Shown here: in pieces, positions 39,342 to 49,052 of the stretch
How the letters are laid out: each line of letters begins with the position of its first letter
Position numbering within the stretch: position 1 is the stretch's first letter
Source: an uncultured delta proteobacterium
GTDB lineage: Bacteria; Desulfobacterota; Binatia; UBA9968
Assembly (NCBI GenBank): GCA_963755715.1
Contig: CAVWLW010000030.1
Coordinates: forward strand, 45,585-109,584
Length of the DNA: 64,000 nucleotides
Reading direction: 5' to 3'
Notes under the pieces: generated by a model
The model's database searches: none
The model's input: only the letters and a program-made list of their open reading frames with translations
What the model was told of the DNA's origin: nothing
Position numbers and translations under genes: made by a program

Positions 39342-39683
39342 TTAGACCTTCTCGTCTTCCGCCAAAATGTCCGTTATCAGATCCCGAATCAGCTGCCGCT
39401 TCGGCAGCGGTTCGACAGTGATCAATTCCGGCGTTACCTTGGCGATGCAGGTATATTCCACCGCGCCGTTCACCAGCGCCATGCAGGTTTTGCAGGCGTT
39501 AGCGTTGATGCAGCTGTAGCGAATCCCCAGCGTGCTATCGAGATGAATGCGAATCCAGCGCAGCGCGTCGAGCACCGACATGCCTTCTTCGTAGGGAACG
39601 TCGAAGACATCGTAACGGCCCGCTTCGCCGACCGACCCGCGCCGGACGCGAAGACGGGTGGTTTTGCCGATTGGATCAGCCAT
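39342..39683 (-). CDS. 2Fe-2S protein, SdhB/FrdB N-terminal domain only
   Basis: GMSVLDAL, RYSCINANACKTCMALVNG...TC, VEPL...IRDL; ends before the 4Fe-4S/3Fe-4S domain. Confidence 0.85.
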   Translation of the reverse strand: MADPIGKTTRLRVRRGSVGEAGRYDVFDVPYEEGMSVLDALRWIRIHLDSTLGIRYSCINANACKTCMALVNGAVEYTCIAKVTPELITVEPLPKRQLIRDLITDILAEDEKV

Positions 39684-41383
39684 GACTCGATTCGCTGCGA
39701 TTGAGTCGGACGAGAGCGGCCCAGCGCGTCGACAGGTTGCCGTCTTTCAGCTCCAGCACCTGATTCTTGAGCAATCGCGCATCCGCGATCGGAAAATCTT
39801 CGCGCTGATGTGCGCCGCGGCTCTCGGTTCGCGCCAAGGCGGAACGGACGACCGCTTCCGCCGTCGTCAGCATCGCGCGTAATTCGAACCAATCTTGCAG
39901 ATCGAGATTGAAGTCACGTTCTCGGTTAATGCGCAGACGAAGCAGGTCCGTCTTGCTCATCTCTTCGATGCGCGCGAGCGCCTCCGTCAGCTTCTCGCCG
40001 GTGCGAAACGGCCCGGCTTGCTCCCACATCAGCTTCTGCAGCTCAATTTGCAGCGTGATCGGAGCGGCGCCGTCCGAGCGGGAATTTTCGTAGACAAATC
40101 CTAAGCGCTCGATTGTTTTCTGAGCGAGTTTCTCGTCCCAAGCAGCTGGCGCGCGCTGCGCCGCTTCAGCGGCGCTGGAGCCGGCGCGCGCGCCGAATAC
40201 GAACGCTTCAGTGATCGCGTTGCCGGACAGTCGATTGGCCCCGTTAGAGCCGCCGACCGCTTCGCCGGCGGCATAAAGCCCTTCGATTCGCGTCCGCATG
40301 TTCGTGTCGACGCGAATCCCGCCCATGTGATAGTGCGCCATCGGGCCGACTTCCACGGGCATTTGCGTGAGATCGATGCCGTTGACGAGCAGGCGATCGA
40401 TCACCGGACCGAAAGCGGCGCGCAGTTGCGTTTCAGGAATGTGGCGGAAGTCGAGATAAGCGCCGCCGTGCGGCGTGCCGCGCCCGGCTTCGACTTCTTT
40501 TAAGATCGCGTAGGCCGCGATGTCGCGGGTGGCGTTGTAATGGCCGAAATCCGTGCTGCCGTAGCGGTCGATGAATTCTTCGAATTGTCCGTTGAGCAGT
40601 TTACCGCCGAGCTTGTAGCGAAACGGATCCCATAGGATCGGATCCATGCCGACCAGGCGCGGCGCAAGATGGCCGATCGGAAAAAATTGCACGAACTCCA
40701 TATCGATCAGCTCCGCGCCGGCCGACAATGCCAACGCGTACGCTTCGCCGCCCATGTTGGCCGACGCGCTGTTGCGCTCGTAGAGTTTCGTGAGACCGCC
40801 GGCGGCGAGAATCACCGCTCGTGCTTGAATCGTGACCCATTCGCCGCCGGCGAGACTGAGAGCGACGGCGCCGATCGCCCGCCCGTCGCGCGCCAATATT
40901 TCGAGCCCGGCGAGATTGCTGATGCGCCGAATGTTTGTCGACTCGCTCACTTTGCGCCTGAGCGTCGCTGCCACGGCTGGACCGGTGTTGAGAAAGTCGA
41001 CGTAGCAACAGCGTTTGACGCTGTGCCCGGGCGCCATTTCTTGCTTGATGCGGCCGTCTTCCCGCGCCCAGCGCGTGCCCCACTGCTCCATCTCGACGAT
41101 GCGCTTCGGCCCGTCGCTGCAAACCAACCGCGGCAAGCTCTTCGTTGCACAGGCCGCGGCCTGCCCTCAAGGTATCTTCCAGATGCAGCTCGACCGAGTC
41201 CGGTTCCGCCGCGCCGAGCGCTACGGCGACGGTCATCTGCGCCATGATCGTCGCGCCGCCGCGGCCAACTTGGCCTTTGTCGACGAGAAGCACCGAGGCG
41301 CCATCGCGTGCCGCGGCGATCGCCGCGTACATACCGGCGCCACCAGCACCGACTATCAGTACATCTGTCGAGAGTTGGGGCAT
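39676..41383 (-). CDS. SdhA/FrdA/NadB-family FAD oxidoreductase (frameshift near 41130)
   Basis: DVLIVGAGGAG in ORF 40601-41383; LAAGG, DMEFVQFFP, HYHMGGI, YAAGE, GANRLSGN, RTESRGAHQREDFP in ORF 39676-41136. Confidence 0.88.
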
Positions 41384-41425
41384 GACCGATTCGTTACCCC
41401 GCCGATGGGAATGTTGAGACGAAAC

Positions 41426-42166
41426 TCAATCCACTGTCTGTTCGCCGCTTTTTTGGAGCTCGTGCAGGGCCTTCTTCGCCGCTTCCTGTTCGGATTGTTT
41501 CTTGCTCCGACCTTCGCCTATACCTAAAATTTTACCGCCGACGGCGATCTCAGTAAGGAATAGCTTTTCATGATCGGGGCCGGTCGCGGCGATCACCCGA
41601 TAAGCCGGCGGCGCGTGATAGAGCATCTGGCTGATTTCCTGAAGCCTTGTCTTGTAATCATGCTGGCCGAGTTTTTTCGCGGTCACGTCGGCGTTGAAGA
41701 AGCGCTCCACCACCGTGCGCGCGGCTTCGTAACCGCCGTCCTTATACACGCCGCCCAACACTGCTTCGAAGGCGCCGGCAAGGATCGACGGCTTGTTCCG
41801 GCCGCCGCTCCATTCTTCACCCTTGCCGATGCGCAGCATGGGACCGAAATTAAGCAGGGCAGCCTTTTCCGCGAGCACGGTGGAATTTACCAGCGCCGCG
41901 CGCATTTTGGATAGCACGCCTTCGCTCTTATCGGGGTTGCGTTCAATCAAGAGATCGCTGATCGCCAGATCGAGCACCGCGTCGCCGAGAAACTCCAAGA
42001 CCTCGTTATGGCCTTCGCTTTTCTTTCGCTCGTAGGAGACATGGGTCATACACCGCAGCAACAGCACGGGATCTTTAAAATAGTATCCCAACGCGTTTTG
42101 CAGCGCACCGAGTTGCGTCTCGTTCTTCAATCCGGTCCTACCGTAAAAAACCGGCGAGTCAGCCAC
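41426..42166 (-). CDS. rnc: Ribonuclease III
   Basis: NEVLEFLGDAVL, AFEAVLGGVY, dsRBD DYKTRLQE...GPDHEK...SKKQSEQEAA. Confidence 0.95.
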   Translation of the reverse strand: MADSPVFYGRTGLKNETQLGALQNALGYYFKDPVLLLRCMTHVSYERKKSEGHNEVLEFLGDAVLDLAISDLLIERNPDKSEGVLSKMRAALVNSTVLAEKAALLNFGPMLRIGKGEEWSGGRNKPSILAGAFEAVLGGVYKDGGYEAARTVVERFFNADVTAKKLGQHDYKTRLQEISQMLYHAPPAYRVIAATGPDHEKLFLTEIAVGGKILGIGEGRSKKQSEQEAAKKALHELQKSGEQTVD

Positions 42167-43484
42167 GCGCCGAAAGGTCAGTACCCCGTTCGAAGTCTAT
42201 TCCCGTCAGCCATCCTTCGCGCCAGCCGTTGAGCTCCACGTCTACTTCTCGATTCGACGAATCGGTTCCCGCCGGCAAAATCACCGGCAGATAATTCCGG
42301 CTAAAGCCGCGCCGAAAGCCGCTCGCGCCGTCGACTTTTTCTTCGACCAACACCGAGACGCGCCGGCCAAGGAAACTCGAACAAAACTCGCTTTTCTTGC
42401 GCACGCCGAGCGCGCGCATGCGCCGCGCTCGCGCTTTTTTCACCGGCCCGGCCACATGATTCGCGAGAGAGACCGCGGCGGTGCCGCGGCGCGACGAATA
42501 GGGGAAAACGTGGAAATAAGTGAGCGGCAGCGAGTTAAAATACTCCAGAGAATTTTCAAACTGGGCGTCGCTCTCGCCGGGAAATCCCACGATGATGTCA
42601 CTGCCGAGCGCGGCCTCGGGCAAACGGGTGCGCACGCGCGCCAAGAGGTCGCGATAATACACCGTGTCGTAGTTGCGCCGCATTTGCTTGAGTATCTCAT
42701 TATCGCCCGCCTGTGCGCAGATATGCAGGTGCGGACAAATAGTTTTCGAAGCCGCGATCAAATCTAACAATCGGTCCGGCACCTCGCGCGGATCGAGGGA
42801 GCTCAAGCGCAGGCGTGAAATCAATCCGCTATCGGCGATCCTTTCGACGAGCGCCGCAAGATCGATCTTTGGATTTAAATCCTGGCCGTATCCGCCGAGA
42901 TGAATGCCGGTGAGCACGATTTCTTTGTATCCCGCGCCGGCCAACCGGCGCACCTGCTCCATGACTTCGCTCGGCGTGACGCTGCGGCTCAGCCCGCGCG
43001 CCGTCGGGATAATGCAATAAGTGCAGGAGTAATTGCAGCCTTCCTGAATTTTCAAAAATGCCCGCGTGTGCCCAGGCAGCGCGCGCGTGCCGAGCACCGG
43101 CACGCCGCGTTCCCGCTTCACGTCGCTGACGGCGATCCGTGGCGCGCCCGTGGGAACGGACTCGACGAAGCGGAGCAAATCATCGAGCCGGTTTAGCCCG
43201 ATGACGAAATCGACACCGGGAACTTCGGCGACTTCCTGCGAATTCACTTGCGCATAGCAGCCCGTGACCAGCACCTTCGCCGCTGGGTTTCGTCGCTTGG
43301 CCCGGCGCACCAACTGGCGCGCCTCCCAATCCGCTCGATCCGTCACCGTGCAGGTATTGATCACATAACATTCGGCGACTTCATCAAAAGCGACGAACGA
43401 GTGTTTATCTTCCAGCCGGCTTTGAATCACCGCGGAGTCGTACTGGTTGATCTTGCAACCCAAAGTTGTAATCGCGATACGCAT
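42159..43484 (-). CDS. mtaB: tRNA (t6A37)-methylthiotransferase
   Basis: TLGCKINQYDS, INTCTVT, TGCYAQ, radical-SAM KIQEGCNYSCTYCIIP, HVFPYSSRRGT. Confidence 0.92.
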   Translation of the reverse strand: MRIAITTLGCKINQYDSAVIQSRLEDKHSFVAFDEVAECYVINTCTVTDRADWEARQLVRRAKRRNPAAKVLVTGCYAQVNSQEVAEVPGVDFVIGLNRLDDLLRFVESVPTGAPRIAVSDVKRERGVPVLGTRALPGHTRAFLKIQEGCNYSCTYCIIPTARGLSRSVTPSEVMEQVRRLAGAGYKEIVLTGIHLGGYGQDLNPKIDLAALVERIADSGLISRLRLSSLDPREVPDRLLDLIAASKTICPHLHICAQAGDNEILKQMRRNYDTVYYRDLLARVRTRLPEAALGSDIIVGFPGESDAQFENSLEYFNSLPLTYFHVFPYSSRRGTAAVSLANHVAGPVKKARARRMRALGVRKKSEFCSSFLGRRVSVLVEEKVDGASGFRRGFSRNYLPVILPAGTDSSNREVDVELNGWREGWLTGIDFERGTDLSARG

Positions 43485-43495
43485 GACCTTAGTCG

Positions 43496-43568
43496 TTAGG
43501 CAACAGGCACTAGGCTACAGAAAGACCACATGTTCTCAATCTTATTCTTACTAGTGCCTGTCGCCTAA
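43496..43568. repeat. Inverted pair of heptamer-type repeats
   Basis: TTAGGCAACAGGCACTAG ... CTAGTGCCTGTCGCCTAA (17/18 complementary). Confidence 0.7.
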
Positions 43569-43570
43569 TG

Positions 43571-44647
43571 CTATTGCCTTTCTTCTTTTATGGCTCGTTC
43601 GATCCAGCCGCCGCCGAGCAAATGCTCGCCGCAATAAAATACCGCGGCCTGTCCCGGCGTCACTGCCGGAAACGCTTCGTTAAATCTTATTTCACATGCA
43701 CCGGGCGAAGTCGTACGGATCGTGCAGGGAATCGACGGCGCGCGGTAGCGGATCTGCACTTCGGCGTCGATACTGGTAATATTGGGCGGCTCGATCCAAT
43801 TAACCGCACGCGCGATTAATCCGATTGAGCCCAGCTCATTTTTGTTGCCGACGACGACGCGGTTCGCTTCTTTATCGATCTCGACGACGTAAAGCGGTTC
43901 GCGTCCCGAGATACCCAAACCTCGGCGCTGCCCGACGGTGACTGTATGCACGCCGCCATGCCGGCCGAGCAGTTTGCCCGACCGATCGACGACTGCACCG
44001 CCGTCAAGCTCGCTTTCTTTCGCATAAGTTGCCACCAACGCCTTGTAGTCACCGAAGCAGATATCCTGGCTCTCCGGCCGCTCGGCCGCGGGCAAATTCA
44101 AGGCGCGCGCCTTCGCGCGCACAGCGCTTTTCTGCATCGCGCCGAGGGGAAAAACCGTGTGCGCCAGCTGCTCCTGCGACAGAGCAAACAAAAAATAAGA
44201 CTGATCCTTGGCGCCGTCCGCGCCGCGCAGCAATGACGTGTGGCGCGTTCGATCGTCGTGAATTACTCGGGCGTAATGCCCGGTGGCGATGTAAGCGGCG
44301 CCCTGCTCCTTGGCCCAGCGCAGCAGCGTGCCGAGCTTGAAGTCGCGGTTACAGGCGACGCAAGGATTGGGCGTGCGCCCGTCGAGATAATCCTGAGCGA
44401 AAGGCTTCACAACTGTCTCGGCGAACTGACCGCGTAAATCGAGCAGCGTGTGCGGAATCCCCAGATGTTCGGCAACTTCCTTGGCGCCACGATGATCCGA
44501 ACACACCCTCGGCCCACGCTCCCCTTCCCACATGCGCAGCGAAACGCCGTGAACATCGTAGCCCTGCTCGACAAGCAACGCCGCTGTCACCGAACTATCG
44601 ACACCGCCACTCATAGCGACGACGATCTTATTGGATCGCGTTGACAT
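43571..44647 (-). CDS. mnmA: tRNA-specific 2-thiouridylase
   Basis: AMSGGVDSS, TPNPCVACN, ATGHYA, KDQSYFL, ESQDICF, TVGQRRGLG, TPGQAAVFY. Confidence 0.96.
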   Translation of the reverse strand: MSTRSNKIVVAMSGGVDSSVTAALLVEQGYDVHGVSLRMWEGERGPRVCSDHRGAKEVAEHLGIPHTLLDLRGQFAETVVKPFAQDYLDGRTPNPCVACNRDFKLGTLLRWAKEQGAAYIATGHYARVIHDDRTRHTSLLRGADGAKDQSYFLFALSQEQLAHTVFPLGAMQKSAVRAKARALNLPAAERPESQDICFGDYKALVATYAKESELDGGAVVDRSGKLLGRHGGVHTVTVGQRRGLGISGREPLYVVEIDKEANRVVVGNKNELGSIGLIARAVNWIEPPNITSIDAEVQIRYRAPSIPCTIRTTSPGACEIRFNEAFPAVTPGQAAVFYCGEHLLGGGWIERAIKEERQ

Positions 44648-44688
44648 GGTTTCTTACATAACGAGCGAATCAATGGTCGCCTTTCGAA

Positions 44689-44715
44689 AGGGCAGACACG
44701 TAGGTCTGCCCCTAC
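44689..44715 (-). repeat. GTAG-type REP palindrome
   Basis: Minus strand GTAGGGGCAGACCTACGTGTCTGCCCT hairpin. Confidence 0.7.
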
Positions 44716-44748
44716 ATCCGATCTATGTTCTAATGCCTGTTGCCTTCT

Positions 44749-45496
44749 TCAACTTCCCGTATTCTTCAGCAGCTCTTTGATCTTGTTGAGCTCTTCGCTT
44801 TCCTCGTTGGTCTTCTCTTCCAGGCCGCCTTGGCGGTCGGTCAACTCGTCAATCCGCTTTTCCAATTTTTCAATATAGTCCGCCAGACCACCGATCGCTT
44901 TGGCGACAAGGTCGGGCAGGTCGGCCGAGTTGAGATCGATGATCGCTTTACCGGCCGCCGTGTGTCGCGCTTCTCCCTTGACGATTCTGCCCGGGATACC
45001 GACCACGGTGGAGTGCGCCGGGACAGAAGTAACGAGCACCGAGCCCGCGCCGACCCGGCTGTGCCGGCCAACGGTCACCGGCCCGAGCACCGCGGCGCCG
45101 CTGAAGATCGTCACCGACTCCTCGATCGTGGGGTGCCGTTTGATGCGCTCGGTCGAAGTGCCGCCGAGAGTGACGCCCTGATAAATTGTCACGTCGTCGC
45201 CGATCTCGGTCGTCTCGCCGATCACCACGCCCATGCCGTGATCGATAAAAAAGCGCCGACCGATTTTCGCGCCCGGATGAATCTCGATACCGGTCAAGAA
45301 ATCGTCCCATGTGGCTCACCACGCGCGCCAGCGTCCAAAGATTTCGCTGCCAAAGCCAGTGCGCCAGCCGGTACAGCAGCATCGCGTGAAAACCAGGATA
45401 GGCAAGCGCGATCTCCCACACCGAGCGCGACGCCGGATCGCGCTGAAAGATAACCTGGATATCTTCTTTAATGTTTTGCCACATGCCGAAAGGCAT
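44749..45496 (-). CDS. cysE: Serine O-acetyltransferase (frameshift near 45300)
   Basis: RDPASRS...YPGFHA..YRLAH in one frame; [33 protein letters not shown] in the next. Confidence 0.92.
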
Positions 45497-45500
45497 GGGG

Positions 45501-45581
45501 CAGGCAGTAGGCAGCAGGCATTAGGTCAAGATATCAAATCCATTACTCCATCGTTCTACTACTGCCTGTTGCCTAGTGCCT
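45501..45581. repeat. Inverted pair of heptamer-type repeats
   Basis: CAGGCAG-TAGGCAG-CAGGCAT-TAGG ... ACTGCCT-GTTGCCT-AGTGCCT. Confidence 0.7.
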
Positions 45582-45585
45582 CCTT

Positions 45586-47168
45586 TCAATTCGCCCGATG
45601 CCTCGCATCCTTATAGAGCTTGTAATCAATGCTATCGACCAGCGCTTGCCAACTCGCTTCGATCACGTTGTGCGATACGCCGACCGTGCCCCAACGGCCT
45701 TTGCCGTCGCCGGATTCGATCAACACCCGCACCACTGCGCCGGTGCCTTCGCCCGTCGAGAGCACGCGGACTTTATAATCGAGCAGCTCGACCTGCTTGA
45801 GCGACGGATAGAATTTGGTGAGCGCGCGGCGCAGCGCCTGGTCGAGCGCGTTGACCGGCCCGTTGCCCATCGCCGCGGCGTGCTCCATCACGCCGTCGAC
45901 TTGCACCATGATCGTCGCTTCGGAGATCGGCGCCTCGCCCTCTTTGCGTTTTTCGTCGATAACGCGAAAGCCGACCAGGTTGAAATTCTTCTTCTTCTTG
46001 CCGAGCGCTTCCTGAATCAGCAGCTCGAAAGACGCCTCGGCGGCTTGGAACTCGTAGCCCTGGCCTTCCAGCTCCTTGGTCCGGCGCAAAATATTTTTGA
46101 CCGCGTCGCCGGCGTCCTTGAGATCGATGCCGTACTCCTTGCCTTTGTAGACGACGTTGCTCCGGCCCGAGAGATCGGAGACCAACACCCGCTGGCGGTT
46201 GCCGACCAGCTCCGGATCGATGTGTTCATAGGTTTCGCGGTTCTTGAGCACGCCCGAGACATGCAGCCCGCCCTTGTGCGCGAAGGCGCTGTCGCCGACG
46301 TAGGCTTGGCGCTTGTTCGGTTGAATGTTCGCCAGCTCGTAGAAAAGCTGCGACACCTCGCGGAGCTTTTTGAGTTGCGCCGCGCTCACGCATTTCTTGC
46401 CCATCTTCAATTGCAAGTTGGCGATCACCGAGATCAGATTGACGTTGCCGCAGCGCTCGCCGAAGCCGTTGATCGTGCCCTGAACCTGAGTCGCGCCCAT
46501 CTCCACGGCGGCCAACGTGTTGGCAACCGCCAGTTCGCCGTCGTTGTGGCAGTGAATCCCCAGCGGCGTCTTGATCGCCCGGTTGACTTGCGCGAGCGCG
46601 TCGCGAATATCAGCCGGGCAGCCGACCCGCCGTTGGTCTCGCAGAGGACGATCCAATCGGCGCCGCCTTCCTGCGCCGCTTTGAGACATTCCAGCGCATA
46701 GTCGGGATTGGCGCGAAAGCCGTCGAAAAAATGCTCGGCGTCGAAAATCACTTCATCGACCCGCTTCTTCATGAACGCGATCGAGTCGGCGATGATTTCC
46801 AAATTGGCTTTCTGGCTGATGCGCAGATCGTCGCGCACGTGCAGGTCCCAGGTCTTGCCGACCAAGGTCACCGCCGGCGCATCGGCGCCGAGGAGAGCCT
46901 TGAGATTGATATCCTGCGACGGCTTGGCACCGAATTTTCTCGTCGTCCCGAAGGATGCGACCTTGGCATTCTTGAGCTTGAGCTTTTTCACCTGCTTGAA
47001 AAAATCGGCGTCGCGCGGATTGGAGCCCGGATAACCTCCTTCGATATAGTCGATGCCCATGTCGTCGAGCTTCGCCGCCATGCGCAGCTTATCCTCGAGG
47101 GTCAATGAAACATCCTCCGCCTGACAACCGTCCCTGAGAGTCGTGTCGTAAAGCAAAACGTCCTTCAT
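45586..47168 (-). CDS. cimA: Citramalate synthase (LeuA/CimA family; frameshift near 46625)
   Basis: [38 protein letters not shown]; then [47 protein letters not shown]. Confidence 0.92.
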
Positions 47169-48388
47169 ACTTGCCCCTGTTTTCCGATAAACGCGTCGTG
47201 CAGCACCCGCACCGCGAGCTCCGTGTATTTGGCATCGATGACCACCGAGATTTTAATCTCTGAAGTCGATATCATCTCGATGTTGATGCCTTCGGCGGCC
47301 AACACCTGGAACATTTTCGCAGCCACGCCGGCATGCGTGCGCATGCCCACGCCGACCACGGAGATTTTGGCGATGTCGGTGTCGACTTTGATGCCCTTGG
47401 CGTGCACCGCAGATAAAGTTTTTTCCATGATGCCGAGCGCCTTTTTGTGGTCGGCCTTGGGCACGGTGAAAGTCAGATCGGTGGTGCCGTCTTCGCTGGC
47501 ATTCTGTATTATCATGTCGACGACGATGTGCGCGTCCGCAATGGGCCCGAAAATCTGCGCCGCCAAGCCCGGCTGATCGGGAACGCGGATCAAGGTGATT
47601 TTGGCTTCATTCTTGTCCGAGGCTACGCCCGAAACCAACACATCGTTCATGCTCTCCTCCTCGTTGACCAGCCAAGTTCCCTCGGCGTCTGAAAACGACG
47701 AGCGCACGTGCACCGGCACAGAGAAATTTTTGGCAAATTCCACCGAGCGAATTTCCAAGACCTTCGCTCCGATGCTCGCCAGCTCGATCATCTCGTCGTA
47801 GGAAATCCGCGCCAGCTTTCTCGCCTGCGGACAAATTCCAGGATCAGCCGTAAATACACCTTCTACATCGGTGTAAATTTCGCATGCCGCGGCGTTGAGA
47901 AAAGCCGCCAGCGCCACCGCGCTGGTGTCCGAGCCGCCGCGTCCGAGAGTGGTAATATTGTCATCTTCGTCCACGCCCTGAAAGCCGGCGACGACGACGA
48001 CATCGCCCTCGTTCAACGCCTGCACGATCTTGGTCGAATCGATGCTTAAAATGCGCGCCTTGCCGTAAGCGTTGTCGGTCTCGATACGCACCTGATGGCC
48101 CAAGTAAGAGCGCGCCGGCTGACCGAGCTCCTTGAGCGCGAGCGTCAGCAAGGCGACGGAAACCTGTTCGCCGGAGGCGAGCAGCACGTCTTTCTCACGC
48201 TCGTCGGGGATCTCGGCAATCTCATGAGCAAGGGCCAGTAAACGATTGGTCTCGCCGGCCATCGCCGACACCACCACGACGATATCGTGCCGCGCTCGCT
48301 TGGCGGCAACGATCTTCGCCGCCACTTGCTTGATGCGCTCAATCGATCCGACCGAGGTGCCGCCGTATTTCTGCACCAACAATGACAT
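47165..48388 (-). CDS. lysC: Aspartate kinase
   Basis: [33 protein letters not shown], two ACT domains, STSEIKIS. Confidence 0.96.
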   Translation of the reverse strand: MSLLVQKYGGTSVGSIERIKQVAAKIVAAKRARHDIVVVVSAMAGETNRLLALAHEIAEIPDEREKDVLLASGEQVSVALLTLALKELGQPARSYLGHQVRIETDNAYGKARILSIDSTKIVQALNEGDVVVVAGFQGVDEDDNITTLGRGGSDTSAVALAAFLNAAACEIYTDVEGVFTADPGICPQARKLARISYDEMIELASIGAKVLEIRSVEFAKNFSVPVHVRSSFSDAEGTWLVNEEESMNDVLVSGVASDKNEAKITLIRVPDQPGLAAQIFGPIADAHIVVDMIIQNASEDGTTDLTFTVPKADHKKALGIMEKTLSAVHAKGIKVDTDIAKISVVGVGMRTHAGVAAKMFQVLAAEGINIEMISTSEIKISVVIDAKYTELAVRVLHDAFIGKQGQV

Positions 48389-48436
48389 TTCCCTATGGCC
48401 TCTTCGACGCAGCATAATTAGAATGAATTTTAATTT

Positions 48437-48904
48437 TTACTTTTTAATTTTGTCCACGATCTTTTCATAGCGCTCGCCATGCGCGATAAAACTCAGTTCG
48501 CGCTTCGATCCGCCGCCATGCGCAAGCCGCACTTCGAGATACTCGTCAACTTCCGCCGCCGGCAAATACTCGAACCATTCGATCAGGCTCACGCCGTCGG
48601 CGTAGAGATACTCGCGAAGATTGAGCGCGTCGAGCTCATCCTGCTTACCGACCCGGTAAAGATCGATGTGGTAAACCGGCAGGCGGCCTTGATACTCATT
48701 GATCAAGGTGAACGTCGGACTGCGCACCCAAGCTTCTTTGCCGACTTCAATTCCGGCGCAGAAACCGCGGACAAAGCAAGTTTTGCCCGTGCCGAGCTCG
48801 CCGACTAAACCGACAATCTCTCCCCCACGCACCCAGCTCGCCAGTTTTCGCCCCAGGCTCATGGTTTTGCGACTGGAGTTGGAAGTGACAGTCCACGAAC
48901 CCAT
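48437..48904 (-). CDS. tsaE: tRNA threonylcarbamoyladenosine biosynthesis ATPase
   Basis: GELGTGKT, SPTFTL, HIDLYR, LIEW. Confidence 0.95.
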   Translation of the reverse strand: MGSWTVTSNSSRKTMSLGRKLASWVRGGEIVGLVGELGTGKTCFVRGFCAGIEVGKEAWVRSPTFTLINEYQGRLPVYHIDLYRVGKQDELDALNLREYLYADGVSLIEWFEYLPAAEVDEYLEVRLAHGGGSKRELSFIAHGERYEKIVDKIKK

Positions 48905-48971
48905 CGCCAACGGGCCTCCCGATACAACTAGTATATTTTTGTCGAAATATCGAGATTGACTCGGGACCGCC

Positions 48972-48999
48972 GTAGGGGCGCAGCCTGCTGCGCCCCTAC
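48972..48999. repeat. GTAG-type REP palindrome
   Basis: GTAGGGGCGCAGC-CT-GCTGCGCCCCTAC, near-perfect 28-bp palindrome. Confidence 0.75.
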
Positions 49000-49052
49000 C
49001 CTAAAATTGTCGCATTCTGCCGATCCCACCAAACCAGTCGCGCAAGGGAAAT

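Noticed and set aside
39676-47168. Frameshifts in cimA, cysE and the sdhA-like gene (also USP at 3745 and the SBP at 37880) as programmed recoding or pseudogenes
   Set aside because: No slippery heptamers or stimulatory structures were noticed and both halves are otherwise intact, which fits long-read indel errors.
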